A stretch of 64,000 nucleotides of DNA from a virus. Positions 1 through 9,165 of the stretch are shown in pieces (position 1 is the stretch's first letter; the number at the start of each line of letters is the position of its first letter). The stretch is taken from the IMG/VR virus record IMGVR_UViG_3300027804_003127, one strand, 5' to 3'. The notes beneath the pieces were generated by a model, which worked only from the letters and a program-made list of their open reading frames with translations, was not told the DNA's origin and did no database searches. A program made the position numbers and the translations under genes.

Positions 1-255
1 AAGATTCGTCATCTTGAATCCGAGTTGCGTCACTACAGCAGTCTCTACTTTTCGGGATGTGCTTGCAAGAAGAACCACGCACACACCGAGGAAGCGGATA
101 GCAGCAAGACCAATGAGAAGCCCAGCAGCGGATGGTTCTTGTCCCTGTTGAAGATGGGTGTCTTGGCGACGATTGCCTACCTTGCCTACTTCCTGTACAA
201 GAAGTACAGGCAGCGCTCAAAGCCCGTTCCCGTCACAACAGAAGTAATCAACTGA
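1..255 (+). CDS. hypothetical membrane protein, 5'-partial
   Basis: frame open from base 1; C-terminal TM segment. Confidence 0.6.
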   Translation, partial: KIRHLESELRHYSSLYFSGCACKKNHAHTEEADSSKTNEKPSSGWFLSLLKMGVLATIAYLAYFLYKKYRQRSKPVPVTTEVIN

Positions 256-275
256 AACACAGAAAGAAGAAAGCC

Positions 276-377
276 ATGAATAACTTTTGGAAGTGCATCA
301 AAGCCGCAGCCATCGTTGCTGGAGTGTCAATGGTGGCATACTACGGCTACAAGAAGATCCGCAAGATGTTTGCTTGA
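276..377 (+). CDS. small membrane protein
   Basis: MNNFWKCIK..., one TM, similar to the upstream TM segment. Confidence 0.5.
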   Translation: MNNFWKCIKAAAIVAGVSMVAYYGYKKIRKMFA

Positions 378-403
378 CAGCACACCATTACTTGCCGTAC
401 TCT
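374..403 (+). promoter_or_regulatory. sigma70-like promoter
   Basis: TTGACA-18-TACTCT upstream of 469. Confidence 0.5.
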
Positions 404-468
404 ACCGACAAGGAGACACGGAGCGTTTCTGTGTCCAATAAAGAAGTTTTACAACAACGAGACTGACA

Positions 469-750
469 ATGACTAAGACTGCAACAAAGAACAAGACCAA
501 CAAGACCGTTACCACCAGTGCATCTGACCTCTACGACATCGCAAAGACGATGGAGGGTATGTTTGCAAAGATTACTAAACTCAACAACAATGTCTCGTCA
601 CGCTCCATCAGCGGTCGTGATATCGAGAAGGCATGTGATGACATCTCAGAGGAGATGGGTGAGGCATTCGACACCCTGAAGACCATTCTCATTCAGAATG
701 AAGTTGTCAGCGGACCTTCCTACCCCCTCACTCTGCCCAAGAAGGCTTGA
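469..750 (+). CDS. hypothetical protein
   Basis: ORF track, 93 aa. Confidence 0.65.
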   Translation: MTKTATKNKTNKTVTTSASDLYDIAKTMEGMFAKITKLNNNVSSRSISGRDIEKACDDISEEMGEAFDTLKTILIQNEVVSGPSYPLTLPKKA

Positions 751-767
751 CAACAAGGAGATTGACA

Positions 768-1121
768 ATGACTAATCACAACAAGATCGCAGCAGATGAG
801 TTTTGCAACAAGACGCACACTTCACCGATTGAGGCTTATGTCGTCAACCGAATCTATGAGTTGGAGACGCAGGTGAATCGGCTGAAGCAGGAGCGGGATG
901 AAGCCTGTGCAGCCATTGAGAAGCCTGCACAGAAAGCAAGCAAGTTCCGCAACCTGACTCAACAGGTCAACGATGTGCTTGACCTTACCCGTGGCTATGA
1001 CCCCAACTCTCTTGTAGGCAAGTTGGCTGCCCTTTTGGAGCAGACCACCTTCTACAAGGATCTCTACTACAACACGCTGACTCCCGCACAGCGTGAGAAC
1101 CCCGTGCCTCCAAAGGAGTAA
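768..1121 (+). CDS. hypothetical coiled-coil protein
   Basis: AGGAG RBS before ATG 768. Confidence 0.65.
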   Translation: MTNHNKIAADEFCNKTHTSPIEAYVVNRIYELETQVNRLKQERDEACAAIEKPAQKASKFRNLTQQVNDVLDLTRGYDPNSLVGKLAALLEQTTFYKDLYYNTLTPAQRENPVPPKE

Positions 1122-1126
1122 ATCAA

Positions 1127-1351
1127 GTGAACGAACACGATGCCATCGCAAGGATCAAGAGGCTGTCTCACAACATTAACTGTGCCGATGAGATCGCAGA
1201 ACTGATTGAGCGGCTAATCAATGAGCGCGACGAGGCGAGGCAGCAAGTTAGAGACATTATTCAACGCAAGGAAGCACAAATGCTGTCCATCATTGAGGAA
1301 GGCAACGGGGTGGCGAGGGTTCTGGACTGCTACAAGGAGGACGACAAGTGA
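1127..1351 (+). CDS. hypothetical protein (ERDEAR...DCYKEDDK family)
   Basis: AGGAG RBS; motif shared with 1586 and 35895. Confidence 0.65.
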   Translation: MNEHDAIARIKRLSHNINCADEIAELIERLINERDEARQQVRDIIQRKEAQMLSIIEEGNGVARVLDCYKEDDK

Positions 1352-1470
1352 ACGACAATTTTGGAATCGGAGTGATTGTCGGCATTGTCTTAACAATGCT
1401 GTGTTGCCTTGCAGGAATCGGGCTAAGCGTGTTGTTTCCAAGATGCCCGAAGAAGGAGGACGGCAAGTGA
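1348..1470 (+). CDS. 40-aa membrane protein, copy 1
   Basis: GTG overlaps upstream TGA; MNDNFGIGVIVGIVLTMLCCLAGIGLSVLFPRCPKKEDGK. Confidence 0.6.
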   Translation: MNDNFGIGVIVGIVLTMLCCLAGIGLSVLFPRCPKKEDGK

Positions 1471-1589
1471 GCGACAATTTTGGAATCGGAGTGATTGTCG
1501 GCATCGTCCTGACGGTGCTGTGTTGCCTCGCAGGGATCGGGATAAGCGTGCTTTTTCCAAGACGCCAGAAGAAGGAGGACGGCAAGTGA
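1467..1589 (+). CDS. 40-aa membrane protein, copy 2 (tandem duplicate)
   Basis: 119-bp tandem duplication with mostly synonymous changes. Confidence 0.6.
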   Translation: MSDNFGIGVIVGIVLTVLCCLAGIGISVLFPRRQKKEDGK

Positions 1590-1861
1590 AAGACACTCAA
1601 ACACCACGCACCGACGCAGCAGAAACAAACTGGTGGAGTGAGGACGGTCTGCGGTCGGCGTTCATTGTTCGTGCAGAGTTTGCCCGTGAACTGGAGCGGG
1701 AGATCGCCCGCCTCACCGCCGAGCGCGACGAGGCTAGGCGGGAAATCTGTATGAATGCAACAAACGAACCTTACCGCCAGATGTGCGGGAGTGGAATACT
1801 TCTTCCCCAAGACGCGGCGCGAGAGCGCGGATGGGACTGCTACAAGGAGGATGAAGGGTGA
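1586..1861 (+). CDS. hypothetical protein (LTAERDEARRE...GWDCYKE family)
   Basis: GTG after AGGAGG; paralogous to 35895..36131. Confidence 0.6.
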   Translation: MKDTQTPRTDAAETNWWSEDGLRSAFIVRAEFARELEREIARLTAERDEARREICMNATNEPYRQMCGSGILLPQDAARERGWDCYKEDEG

Positions 1862-2442
1862 GCGATGTATGGTTGATTGGCTGCACTCATTTCGGCCACG
1901 ATGCCATGTACACATTCAGGCGTCTAAATGGCGAGAAGGTTCGTCCTTTTGCAAATGCAGCAGAAGGCGATGCAAAGATGATTGAGAACTGGAATTCAAC
2001 GGTCAAGAGCAGCGACAAGGTGTACGTTCTTGGCGATGTTGCTTTCGATCAAAAAAGCATATCCATTCTTTCTTCTCTTCATGGCTCCAAGATTTTAATC
2101 AAAGGCAATCACGACAAGATGGACTTGTCTGTGTACCGCAAGTATTTCAAAGACGTGAGGGCTACTCATCAGTTGTCTGATGAGATTCTTTCGCATATTC
2201 CTATTCATCCTGCGTCTTTGTACAGGCACAGGAGTAAAAGTAGTTGGACAAACATTCACGCACATCTTCATTCAGAGGCTGTAATGGAAGAGTCCGACGA
2301 CTCTCCCGACACTCTGATGCGTCCCAATGTTTCTGAAGACTTGCGGTATTTCTCTGTCTGCGTTGAGAGGATCAACTACACTCCCATATCGTATGAGGAA
2401 GTGCGCAGCAGGATAAAGTCTCGCATCTATCCAAACGGCTAA
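1858..2442 (+). CDS. calcineurin-like metallophosphoesterase
   Basis: xTHFGH, LGD, GNHD, SHIP, HAHLH motifs. Confidence 0.85.
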   Translation: MSDVWLIGCTHFGHDAMYTFRRLNGEKVRPFANAAEGDAKMIENWNSTVKSSDKVYVLGDVAFDQKSISILSSLHGSKILIKGNHDKMDLSVYRKYFKDVRATHQLSDEILSHIPIHPASLYRHRSKSSWTNIHAHLHSEAVMEESDDSPDTLMRPNVSEDLRYFSVCVERINYTPISYEEVRSRIKSRIYPNG

Positions 2443-2489
2443 AAATAAAGCATTCCTGTAATTTTCGGGGAAAGTAACATACAAATCTC

Positions 2490-2517
2490 TTGACACGCTC
2501 AAGGGTTTTGCTATCAT
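2490..2517 (+). promoter_or_regulatory. sigma70-like promoter
   Basis: TTGACA-16-TATCAT with TG extension; GGAGG RBS follows. Confidence 0.5.
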
Positions 2518-2535
2518 TTTGGCACTGGAGGCTAC

Positions 2536-2925
2536 ATGAGCGCACCTAACACTTACTTTACAAACCGAATGGCTCCCGCAGATGAAATCAATTCTGTTTT
2601 TGCTGTTGCAGCATCGCAAGGCGAAGACGGCATCGTTTTTTGCACTCCCCAGCAAGTAAAGAACGAGAATCTTTCCAAGATTCTTATTAGGTGGAAGTCT
2701 GCGACTTCCACTATTTTCATTCAGGGTGAGATCAAGGAGATTGCGCACGCCAACACGCCACGAGGCAGGGAGTTGGTGTCTGCGACTCATGCGCGTCCGT
2801 GGAGTGACCTTGCGGATCACCAGAACGGTTCCGCGCTTCGTATCGCGTCGCTGAAAATCGTTGACGCACCTGCTGAGGCTAAAAATCTGCGAAACATCCA
2901 GTCGTGCAAGTACATTACTATTTGA
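2536..2925 (+). CDS. hypothetical protein
   Basis: GGAGG RBS, 129 aa. Confidence 0.7.
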   Translation: MSAPNTYFTNRMAPADEINSVFAVAASQGEDGIVFCTPQQVKNENLSKILIRWKSATSTIFIQGEIKEIAHANTPRGRELVSATHARPWSDLADHQNGSALRIASLKIVDAPAEAKNLRNIQSCKYITI

Positions 2926-2945
2926 GCCACTGGTATTAAAAAATC

Positions 2946-3140
2946 ATGAGCAATAAGAATTCATCAAAAATACCTAAGAAGACTAGAGCGCTGATTGATG
3001 CTTGGATCAAGTTTATCAACGACAACGACATAGACATAGAAACAGACAACTACGGTCAAATCGTCATCTATACTGGGCTGATGTTTGACAAAGACGGTAG
3101 CGTTGTTCCTTTTCAGGATTTAGAAGAAGAGAATAGATAA
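2946..3140 (+). CDS. hypothetical protein
   Basis: 64 aa, abuts next gene. Confidence 0.55.
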   Translation: MSNKNSSKIPKKTRALIDAWIKFINDNDIDIETDNYGQIVIYTGLMFDKDGSVVPFQDLEEENR

Positions 3141-4105
3141 TGGCAAAGACACCATCCCGACTTCTCAATGACATTCGCAGCGATGACCCTAATGTTCGTT
3201 ACGCTGCCGCATCTAATCCTAACGCCACTCCTGAAGTCCTCATGATTGCGATCAAGGATGAGGATGATGAAGTTCGTCGTACTGCCGCATGCAATCCTAA
3301 CGTCACTACTGAAATCCTTAATGTTGCCCTTAAGGATCAGGATTCTGAGGTTCGCTGGAACGCCGCACGGCATCCCAAAGCAACTCCCGAAATCCTTAAT
3401 GTTGCCCTTAAGGATCAGGATTCTGAGGTTCGTGGCGCTGCCGCGCTTAATCCTCACGCCACTCCTGAATTCCTTATGATTGCCATCAAGCACAAGGATG
3501 CGGGTGTTCGCTGCTATGCCGCAGAGAGTCCTAATGCCACTCTTGAAGTCCTTAAGATTGCGATCAAGGACAAGGATGCGGATGTTCGCAGCGGAGCCGC
3601 AAGCCACTCCAAAGCCACTCCCGAAATCCTTAAGATTGCGATCAAGGACAAGGATGCGGGTGTTCGTTTCGCCGCCGCAAAGCATCCCAACGCCACTCTT
3701 GAAATCATTAAGATTGCGATCAAGGACAAGGATGAGGATGTTCGTTGCTCTGTTGTGCGCAATTACAACGTCACTCCCGAAATCCTGATGATTGCCATCA
3801 AGCACAAGGATGTGGATGTTCGCTGCTTTGCCGCAGACAATCCCAACGCCACTCCTGAAATCCTTATGATTGCCATCAAGCACAAGGATGCGGGTGTTCG
3901 TTTCGCCGCCGCAAAGCATCCCAACGCCACTCTTGAAATCATTAAGATTGCGATCAAGGACAAGGACGAGGACGTTCGCTGGAGTGCCGCACGCAATCCC
4001 AACGCCACTCCTGAGATCCTTGATATTGCCATCAAGGACAAGGATGCGGATGTTCGTAAAGCTGTAGAATACAGGCTTAAGACAGCACAGAAGAAGGCAG
4101 GCTAA
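3140..4105 (+). CDS. HEAT/LRV-like repeat protein (~10 x 30 aa)
   Basis: repeat DxDVRxxAAxxPNATPEILxIAIK. Confidence 0.85.
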   Translation: MAKTPSRLLNDIRSDDPNVRYAAASNPNATPEVLMIAIKDEDDEVRRTAACNPNVTTEILNVALKDQDSEVRWNAARHPKATPEILNVALKDQDSEVRGAAALNPHATPEFLMIAIKHKDAGVRCYAAESPNATLEVLKIAIKDKDADVRSGAASHSKATPEILKIAIKDKDAGVRFAAAKHPNATLEIIKIAIKDKDEDVRCSVVRNYNVTPEILMIAIKHKDVDVRCFAADNPNATPEILMIAIKHKDAGVRFAAAKHPNATLEIIKIAIKDKDEDVRWSAARNPNATPEILDIAIKDKDADVRKAVEYRLKTAQKKAG

Positions 4106-4107
4106 AC

Positions 4108-4605
4108 ATGGCAAACAATGTATCCCAGCTTCTTCAAGACATCCGCAGCGACGATCCTAGAGTTCGCGGCGCTGCCGCAGAGCATCCCAACGCCACTCCC
4201 GAAGTCCTGATGATCGCCCTAAAGGACAAGAGTAATGAAATTCGCTGGCATGCCGCAGAGCATCCCAACGCCACTCCTGAAGTCCTGATGGTTGCCCTCA
4301 AGGACAAGGGCATTTTTGTTCGTAGCGCTGCCGCAGAGAATCCTAATGCCACTTCTGAAATCCTTAAGATTGCGATCAAAGACAAGGACGAGGATGTTCG
4401 CTGGAGTGCCGCACGCAATCCCAACGCCACTCCTGAGATCCTTGATATTGCCATCAAGGACAAGGACAAAGATGTCCGCAAGGCCGCAGAGGACAGGATC
4501 AAATCAGACCCTATCCTTGCTCTCCAGTACGCGGCATACAAGGCAGAAAAAACAAGCGTAAGTCCATTTCTTAACTGTAGTTACGATAAAAAAACGCGAT
4601 TCTGA
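4108..4605 (+). CDS. HEAT/LRV-like repeat protein (paralog)
   Basis: same 30-aa repeat. Confidence 0.85.
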   Translation: MANNVSQLLQDIRSDDPRVRGAAAEHPNATPEVLMIALKDKSNEIRWHAAEHPNATPEVLMVALKDKGIFVRSAAAENPNATSEILKIAIKDKDEDVRWSAARNPNATPEILDIAIKDKDKDVRKAAEDRIKSDPILALQYAAYKAEKTSVSPFLNCSYDKKTRF

Positions 4606-4675
4606 ATAATCCTTCTAAACCTTTATAAAAAACAGAAAACCTTTCAGAATTCTTAAGTGTGTATTTCAAGGTTGA

Positions 4676-5266
4676 ATGCAGGAATGGAGCACTGAAGTCA
4701 TGAGCAAGAAGCACAGGCATCTGAATGTTTTGTTAGACGAGATCAAGAGCAGTTACGGCATAGACTTGTGGGTAGCCGCTGCCGATCACCACAAAGCACC
4801 CGTTGATTTTTTGATCCTTGCTGCTAGTCACTACGACTCCGCAGTAAGGGAGGCTGCTGTTTTTAATTACGGCATGAGCGAAAAGGCACTTCTGCGCCTT
4901 CTCGACCACAAGAGAGTCGATGTGCGCGCAGCGGCGTGCAGTCATCAAAACGCCACCGAAGCAGTGATCGCAAAGGGGATCAGAGACTCCAGTTATGTTG
5001 TCCGAAAGAGTGCCGCTGGAAGCGGGTATGTCTCAACCAATGAAGTCCTCCTTACCGCACTGAAAGACAAAAAGTTCGAAGTAAGGCAAGCAGCAATTGA
5101 CAACGATGACTTCTGCGGAGACGCCCTTCCCTTGTCGAAGGAAGAATGGCTGAATCTCCTGAAGCAAGGACACTTCGACTACAGGATCGCGAAGATTCCA
5201 CTGCGAGTGCGTAGGACTCCCGAGTACAAGGCGATACGTCTTCTCAGCAAGATGGCGAAAGAGTAA
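4676..5266 (+). CDS. divergent HEAT-repeat protein
   Basis: VRxAA repeats. Confidence 0.7.
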   Translation: MQEWSTEVMSKKHRHLNVLLDEIKSSYGIDLWVAAADHHKAPVDFLILAASHYDSAVREAAVFNYGMSEKALLRLLDHKRVDVRAAACSHQNATEAVIAKGIRDSSYVVRKSAAGSGYVSTNEVLLTALKDKKFEVRQAAIDNDDFCGDALPLSKEEWLNLLKQGHFDYRIAKIPLRVRRTPEYKAIRLLSKMAKE

Positions 5267-5324
5267 AATTTGCCCCAATCAAAAAATCGCGGCAAACGAA
5301 TATTACAACCCACTGAATCCCAAA

Positions 5325-5768
5325 ATGAACAACATTCTTCTCATCTCCACCGCAACAGCAGCACTTCTACACTCCTCCACCACAGTAGATCCAGCAAAGC
5401 TGTTTGGAATCCACCTCAAGAACACTGAAGTAACCACACAGACAGAAACAGCAATCTCCGTTCTGTCAGACGCAAAGGCACTGAACGACTTTGAATCCGT
5501 ACTGGCAAACATGCCATCAACCGCAAAACTCGATCCACCCGCAATCACGGCAATGATCGAATCACACAAGACAAGCGCAAAGGAAAAGATCACCGAAGGC
5601 AAGACAAAGAACCAGTGGAGTCAGACAGCAGTGGGAAAGGCAATCAAGGACGCACAGCAAGAACTCCTTGACGCAAACAAGGCAACAAAAAGAGTGAAAG
5701 ACCTGGAAGACGAAGTGGAAAGGCTCAGAGACAAGATCGAAAGCATGCGAAAGCAAGGAAAGCGATAG
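5325..5768 (+). CDS. putative secreted protein
   Basis: N-terminal hydrophobic signal, C-terminal coiled coil. Confidence 0.6.
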   Translation: MNNILLISTATAALLHSSTTVDPAKLFGIHLKNTEVTTQTETAISVLSDAKALNDFESVLANMPSTAKLDPPAITAMIESHKTSAKEKITEGKTKNQWSQTAVGKAIKDAQQELLDANKATKRVKDLEDEVERLRDKIESMRKQGKR

Positions 5769-5796
5769 GACGCATAGCCCACTGAATAGGAAATAC

Positions 5797-6375
5797 ATGA
5801 AGAATGCAATAGGGGCGTTATCTCTTGTCATAATGTCTTGCAATACCCCCACAAGACACAATACGCTTCACCAAGAACACGATGTTCTCATAGAGAGGAT
5901 AAGAACAGCAGCATCATTGGAAGAACTCAATGACGCAAGCACTGAAGCAGACTGCCTGTATAAGCTTATCCTGTCCGAATCCATAGATAGACAGTCAGAG
6001 ATACAGGCAGAGGCACTGAAAGGCACCGCAACACTCGCACTGTTCGACAAAGCCAAGGCACTGAGAGACAATAGATTGCTTGAACTACAGACTGCAATCG
6101 ACATCGTTCAGAATACGGACATGTGTGCTTCCATAGACGAAACACCGTCTCAGATCGAAGATAGGCTGTGCAAGATCACTGAAATACATAAGAAAGTCAT
6201 GTCTCACCAATATGATGATCAGTATCTTGGCACTGAAGTCAAGGCTAGGGAACTGGATACGGCAGTGCAGCAAGCAGAGGAAAGGCTCAGGAAGATTCAG
6301 GACACAGGATACCTGTATAGGAAGCCTCCACGCTTCACGCGCTCCAGTGAAGACGATAGGGGAATTAGAAGGTAG
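5797..6375 (+). CDS. putative lipoprotein
   Basis: MKNAIGALSLVIMSC lipobox-like start. Confidence 0.55.
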   Translation: MKNAIGALSLVIMSCNTPTRHNTLHQEHDVLIERIRTAASLEELNDASTEADCLYKLILSESIDRQSEIQAEALKGTATLALFDKAKALRDNRLLELQTAIDIVQNTDMCASIDETPSQIEDRLCKITEIHKKVMSHQYDDQYLGTEVKARELDTAVQQAEERLRKIQDTGYLYRKPPRFTRSSEDDRGIRR

Positions 6376-6399
6376 CCAGTGCTGCATCCATTATTATGT

Positions 6400-6566
6400 A
6401 ATCCCCTCGTTTTTAAACCATACAATCCCCTCGTTTTTAAACCAGACAATCCCCTAGTTTTTAACTTATGTAATCCCCTCGTTTTTAAACCATACAATCC
6501 CCTCGTTTTTAAACCAGACAATCCCCTAGTTTTTAACTTATGTAATCCCCTCGTTTTTAAACCAGA
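6400..6566. repeat. 7 x 24-bp tandem repeat (AATCCCCTMGTTTTTAA...), 72-bp higher-order period; iteron-like
   Basis: units start 6400, 6424, 6448, 6472, 6496, 6520, 6544. Confidence 0.9.
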
Positions 6567-6682
6567 GTTGCCCGCCCACTGTGAAACATAATTTTCTTAT
6601 TAGTTAACTAATGCTACACTTTGCTACACAATGCCCCACTTCTCGACACACTGCGACACGCTAATTCGCCATACTGTCTAAT

Positions 6683-6698
6683 TGTTCCACGTGGAACA
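6683..6698. promoter_or_regulatory. parS: parS-type palindrome TGTTCCACGTGGAACA
   Basis: perfect 16-bp palindrome matching the bacterial chromosomal parS consensus. Confidence 0.75.
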
Positions 6699-6703
6699 TT
6701 GTG

Positions 6704-6736
6704 TAAAAAAGTTATACTTTGGGTATAACTTTTTTA
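6704..6736. repeat. AT-rich inverted repeat (14-bp arms)
   Basis: TAAAAAAGTTATAC-5nt-GTATAACTTTTTTA. Confidence 0.8.
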
Positions 6737-6840
6737 TTCTGTCCTTTGCTGTACCGTTTTGTAATGTTTGCTGGATACCAATGATCGCTAGCGATCATTG
6801 TTCTGGCGTAGATGTTTTTAGGATAAAAAAAACAGCCCAC

Positions 6841-6869
6841 TTGACAGGGTATGCTACGGAAGGTATGCT
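6841..6869 (+). promoter_or_regulatory. sigma70-like promoter, probably leaderless transcript
   Basis: TTGACA-17-TATGCT, ATG 6 nt downstream. Confidence 0.6.
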
Positions 6870-6875
6870 ACTGTA

Positions 6876-7691
6876 ATGCTGAGGAAGCACCACAAGTACA
6901 GGATCAAGCCGAAGTCTGAGTCTGGCAATGCGCCTTGGGGTGAATCTAGTGGTCATAGGCGATGGTCTATCACTACACTGAACCTGCAGAGGTACAAGAG
7001 GAAGAGTGTTGTGCTTTCCAATATGTCTATTGAGGCAGAAGGCTTCAGTGACTTGTTTGAGCCGTCTGTGAGACAGGTTGCTCGGACGCGCACTGAATAC
7101 TGCAGTTCGTATGCTTGGCGGATTGTGGTTGAGGGAAGGGGTATGATGGATGATTTTGGAGCACTGAAGAGTTCTGTATTTACTGAATGGAGATGCGGCA
7201 GCGATCTTTTGCCTTTTACTGACGGCACGGATGCTGCTGGTTGGCGGAGGCTTCGTTCGTGGGGTTTAAGAAACCTTCCTGACTGGCGTTCTTGCTGGGA
7301 CAGGTCTTGGATGAAGTCTACTTGCGTTGGAGACTTTGCTTATTGGGTTGCTCGTGTTGTGTCGAGCAGATGGTGGGTGGACAGGGTTGGCTACCAGAAG
7401 GAGTATATTCTGGCGCCTATTGGTCTTCCCAATCCTCCTGGTGGCTGGGAGTTATCTGGAGGCACTGCGAGGGTATTCCGTAGCACGGATTCTTTATGTC
7501 TTTACGTGAGTAGGGAGCAGTGCACTGGCTGGGACATGATGCTTCATTTGTTGACGTATGGAAGAAAAAAGAACTCCCTTCCAAGCTTCAAAGCACTGTA
7601 TGCTTTTACCGCGCGCTTCTGGGGGGTAGAAAGCGCTGAAGACTTGCGAAGGGAGCTCCGAAAGGTTTTCCCAAAGGCCCTAAGCCGTTGA
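6876..7691 (+). CDS. hypothetical Trp/Arg-rich protein
   Basis: 271-aa ORF behind the promoter. Confidence 0.65.
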   Translation: MLRKHHKYRIKPKSESGNAPWGESSGHRRWSITTLNLQRYKRKSVVLSNMSIEAEGFSDLFEPSVRQVARTRTEYCSSYAWRIVVEGRGMMDDFGALKSSVFTEWRCGSDLLPFTDGTDAAGWRRLRSWGLRNLPDWRSCWDRSWMKSTCVGDFAYWVARVVSSRWWVDRVGYQKEYILAPIGLPNPPGGWELSGGTARVFRSTDSLCLYVSREQCTGWDMMLHLLTYGRKKNSLPSFKALYAFTARFWGVESAEDLRRELRKVFPKALSR

Positions 7692-7746
7692 GAATGTTTC
7701 AGGTTTTGGGGTGTCCTGAAACTGGGGATACTTATCTATCGTCACA

Positions 7747-8049
7747 TTATCTTTTGGACAATGGTTTCTGTGTATTTTTTTCTACGATTCTTCTGATTGC
7801 ATTCATAAGGCTTCTGCCTTGAGCTCTATTGAGATTTATATTTGTTGGTGGCGTTGCTTTGAAGAAGGAATATAATATTCCTTCCATTCTGCTTAGTATT
7901 GACGAGCCACTGAGCGGCTTAATTTCAATATGTGGGGAGCCTTTTCGGTCTCGCACTGAGATGACAAATTTGTCTGTCTCCATGGTGAAGACTTCTTCTT
8001 CTGTTTCTTTATCTATCCCTACGAATCTAATGTTTGTATTGTTGTCCAT
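7747..8049 (-). CDS. hypothetical protein
   Basis: AAAGGA RBS on minus strand. Confidence 0.6.
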   Translation of the reverse strand: MDNNTNIRFVGIDKETEEEVFTMETDKFVISVRDRKGSPHIEIKPLSGSSILSRMEGILYSFFKATPPTNINLNRAQGRSLMNAIRRIVEKNTQKPLSKR

Positions 8050-8150
8050 ATCAATAATTATCCTTTAAATTAGAAAAATGGTAAAGGTGTGTAGAAAATG
8101 ATAAGTAATATTACCTTTCAAGTGTTGGTGGCGATATAGATGTTCTTGCT

Positions 8151-8225
8151 GGCCCCATCGTCTAGCCTGGTCTAGGACGCCTCCCTTTCACGGAGGCAAC
8201 AGGGGTTCGAATCCCCTTGGGGTCA
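8151..8225 (+). tRNA. tRNA-Glu(UUC)
   Basis: cloverleaf; CCTCC-CT TTC AC-GGAGG; GGTTCGAATCC. Confidence 0.95.
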
Positions 8226-8231
8226 TTCAAT

Positions 8232-8350
8232 CAAGTCTCTCCCTCCCCGAGGGGTTTTTGCTCTTTGATGCGCTTGGACTGCATGTTCGCATGCAGCTTT
8301 AAAAGTTAGAAAGCGCTCCAGTGGGTAGCTGTGTGGGAGGGAGAGGCTTG
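8232..8350 (+). ncRNA. candidate structured ncRNA
   Basis: terminal stem CAAGTCTCTCCCTCCC/GGGAGGGAGAGGCTTG, internal CTGCATG-TTCG-CATGCAG hairpin, U-tract after. Confidence 0.45.
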
Positions 8351-8399
8351 TTTTTTATTTTGGTTTTGCTTTTCTCCGCCAGATGGATTTGAGATGTGG

Positions 8400-9041
8400 T
8401 TAAACTTCTGTGGCGATTTTTTTATTTACGATGTGATCTTTGATGCGCATTCCAGAACCCCTGGAAGCTTGCCACAGTGATTCTGCCCATTCAAAACCTG
8501 CGACGATGTCTGATGGGAAGTGGAGACCTCCGTCGATTCGTGACTGGCCAATGATCCTGGAGAGCTCGATGAGAACTTCTTTACGGTGAGGAAAGATCTC
8601 TCCCAGTGCAAGGGCAAGGATCCTTGCGCCTGCTGCATGTCCAGACGGGTAAGCTGGAGACTCGTCAGTGTCTGAATCAAATTCTCCAAGGTCGAAGCCT
8701 TCGGCTTTTGCGACTTGAGACGGTCTAGCTCTGCGGTGCTTGAACTTTTCCTTGAGGCAAAGGGTTTCAAGATCTGACATCAGGATCTCGCAGATGGGTC
8801 TGAACGTCGGAGCAGCTCCTGGTGGAAGCATGCGTAGAAAATCGTCAATGAAAGAATTGTCGAAGATTTTTATCATGAGAAACCTTTGGGGGTCGTTCTG
8901 GGCCTCCTTCATTGCCTTGACGACTTCACGAAGCTCCTCGCGGTCGCCTCTGATTGGAGGTGGAGCTGGAGGTGCTTCAGGGGTAAGGATGAAGATCTTT
9001 CTTGTAAGTATTCTGGGATGGTCTTTGAAGAGTGGATTCAT
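8400..9041 (-). CDS. PAP2-superfamily phosphatase
   Basis: KxxxxRARP, PSGHA, SRxxGxLHFPSD. Confidence 0.85.
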   Translation of the reverse strand: MNPLFKDHPRILTRKIFILTPEAPPAPPPIRGDREELREVVKAMKEAQNDPQRFLMIKIFDNSFIDDFLRMLPPGAAPTFRPICEILMSDLETLCLKEKFKHRRARPSQVAKAEGFDLGEFDSDTDESPAYPSGHAAGARILALALGEIFPHRKEVLIELSRIIGQSRIDGGLHFPSDIVAGFEWAESLWQASRGSGMRIKDHIVNKKIATEV

Positions 9042-9165
9042 GATGTTTTTTTAACCAAAAAAACGACGATATCCTGCAGCTCGAGGGCACGAGGTTGTGT
9101 TTTTAAATTAAAAAACCCGTACACCGAAAAACTCAGCGTACGGGTCTGGTGAGAGAAGATGTCTG

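Noticed and set aside
6400-6566. CRISPR array, or the 70-aa ORF 6379..6591
   Set aside because: Head-to-tail repeats with no unique spacers; the ORF is just translated repeat.
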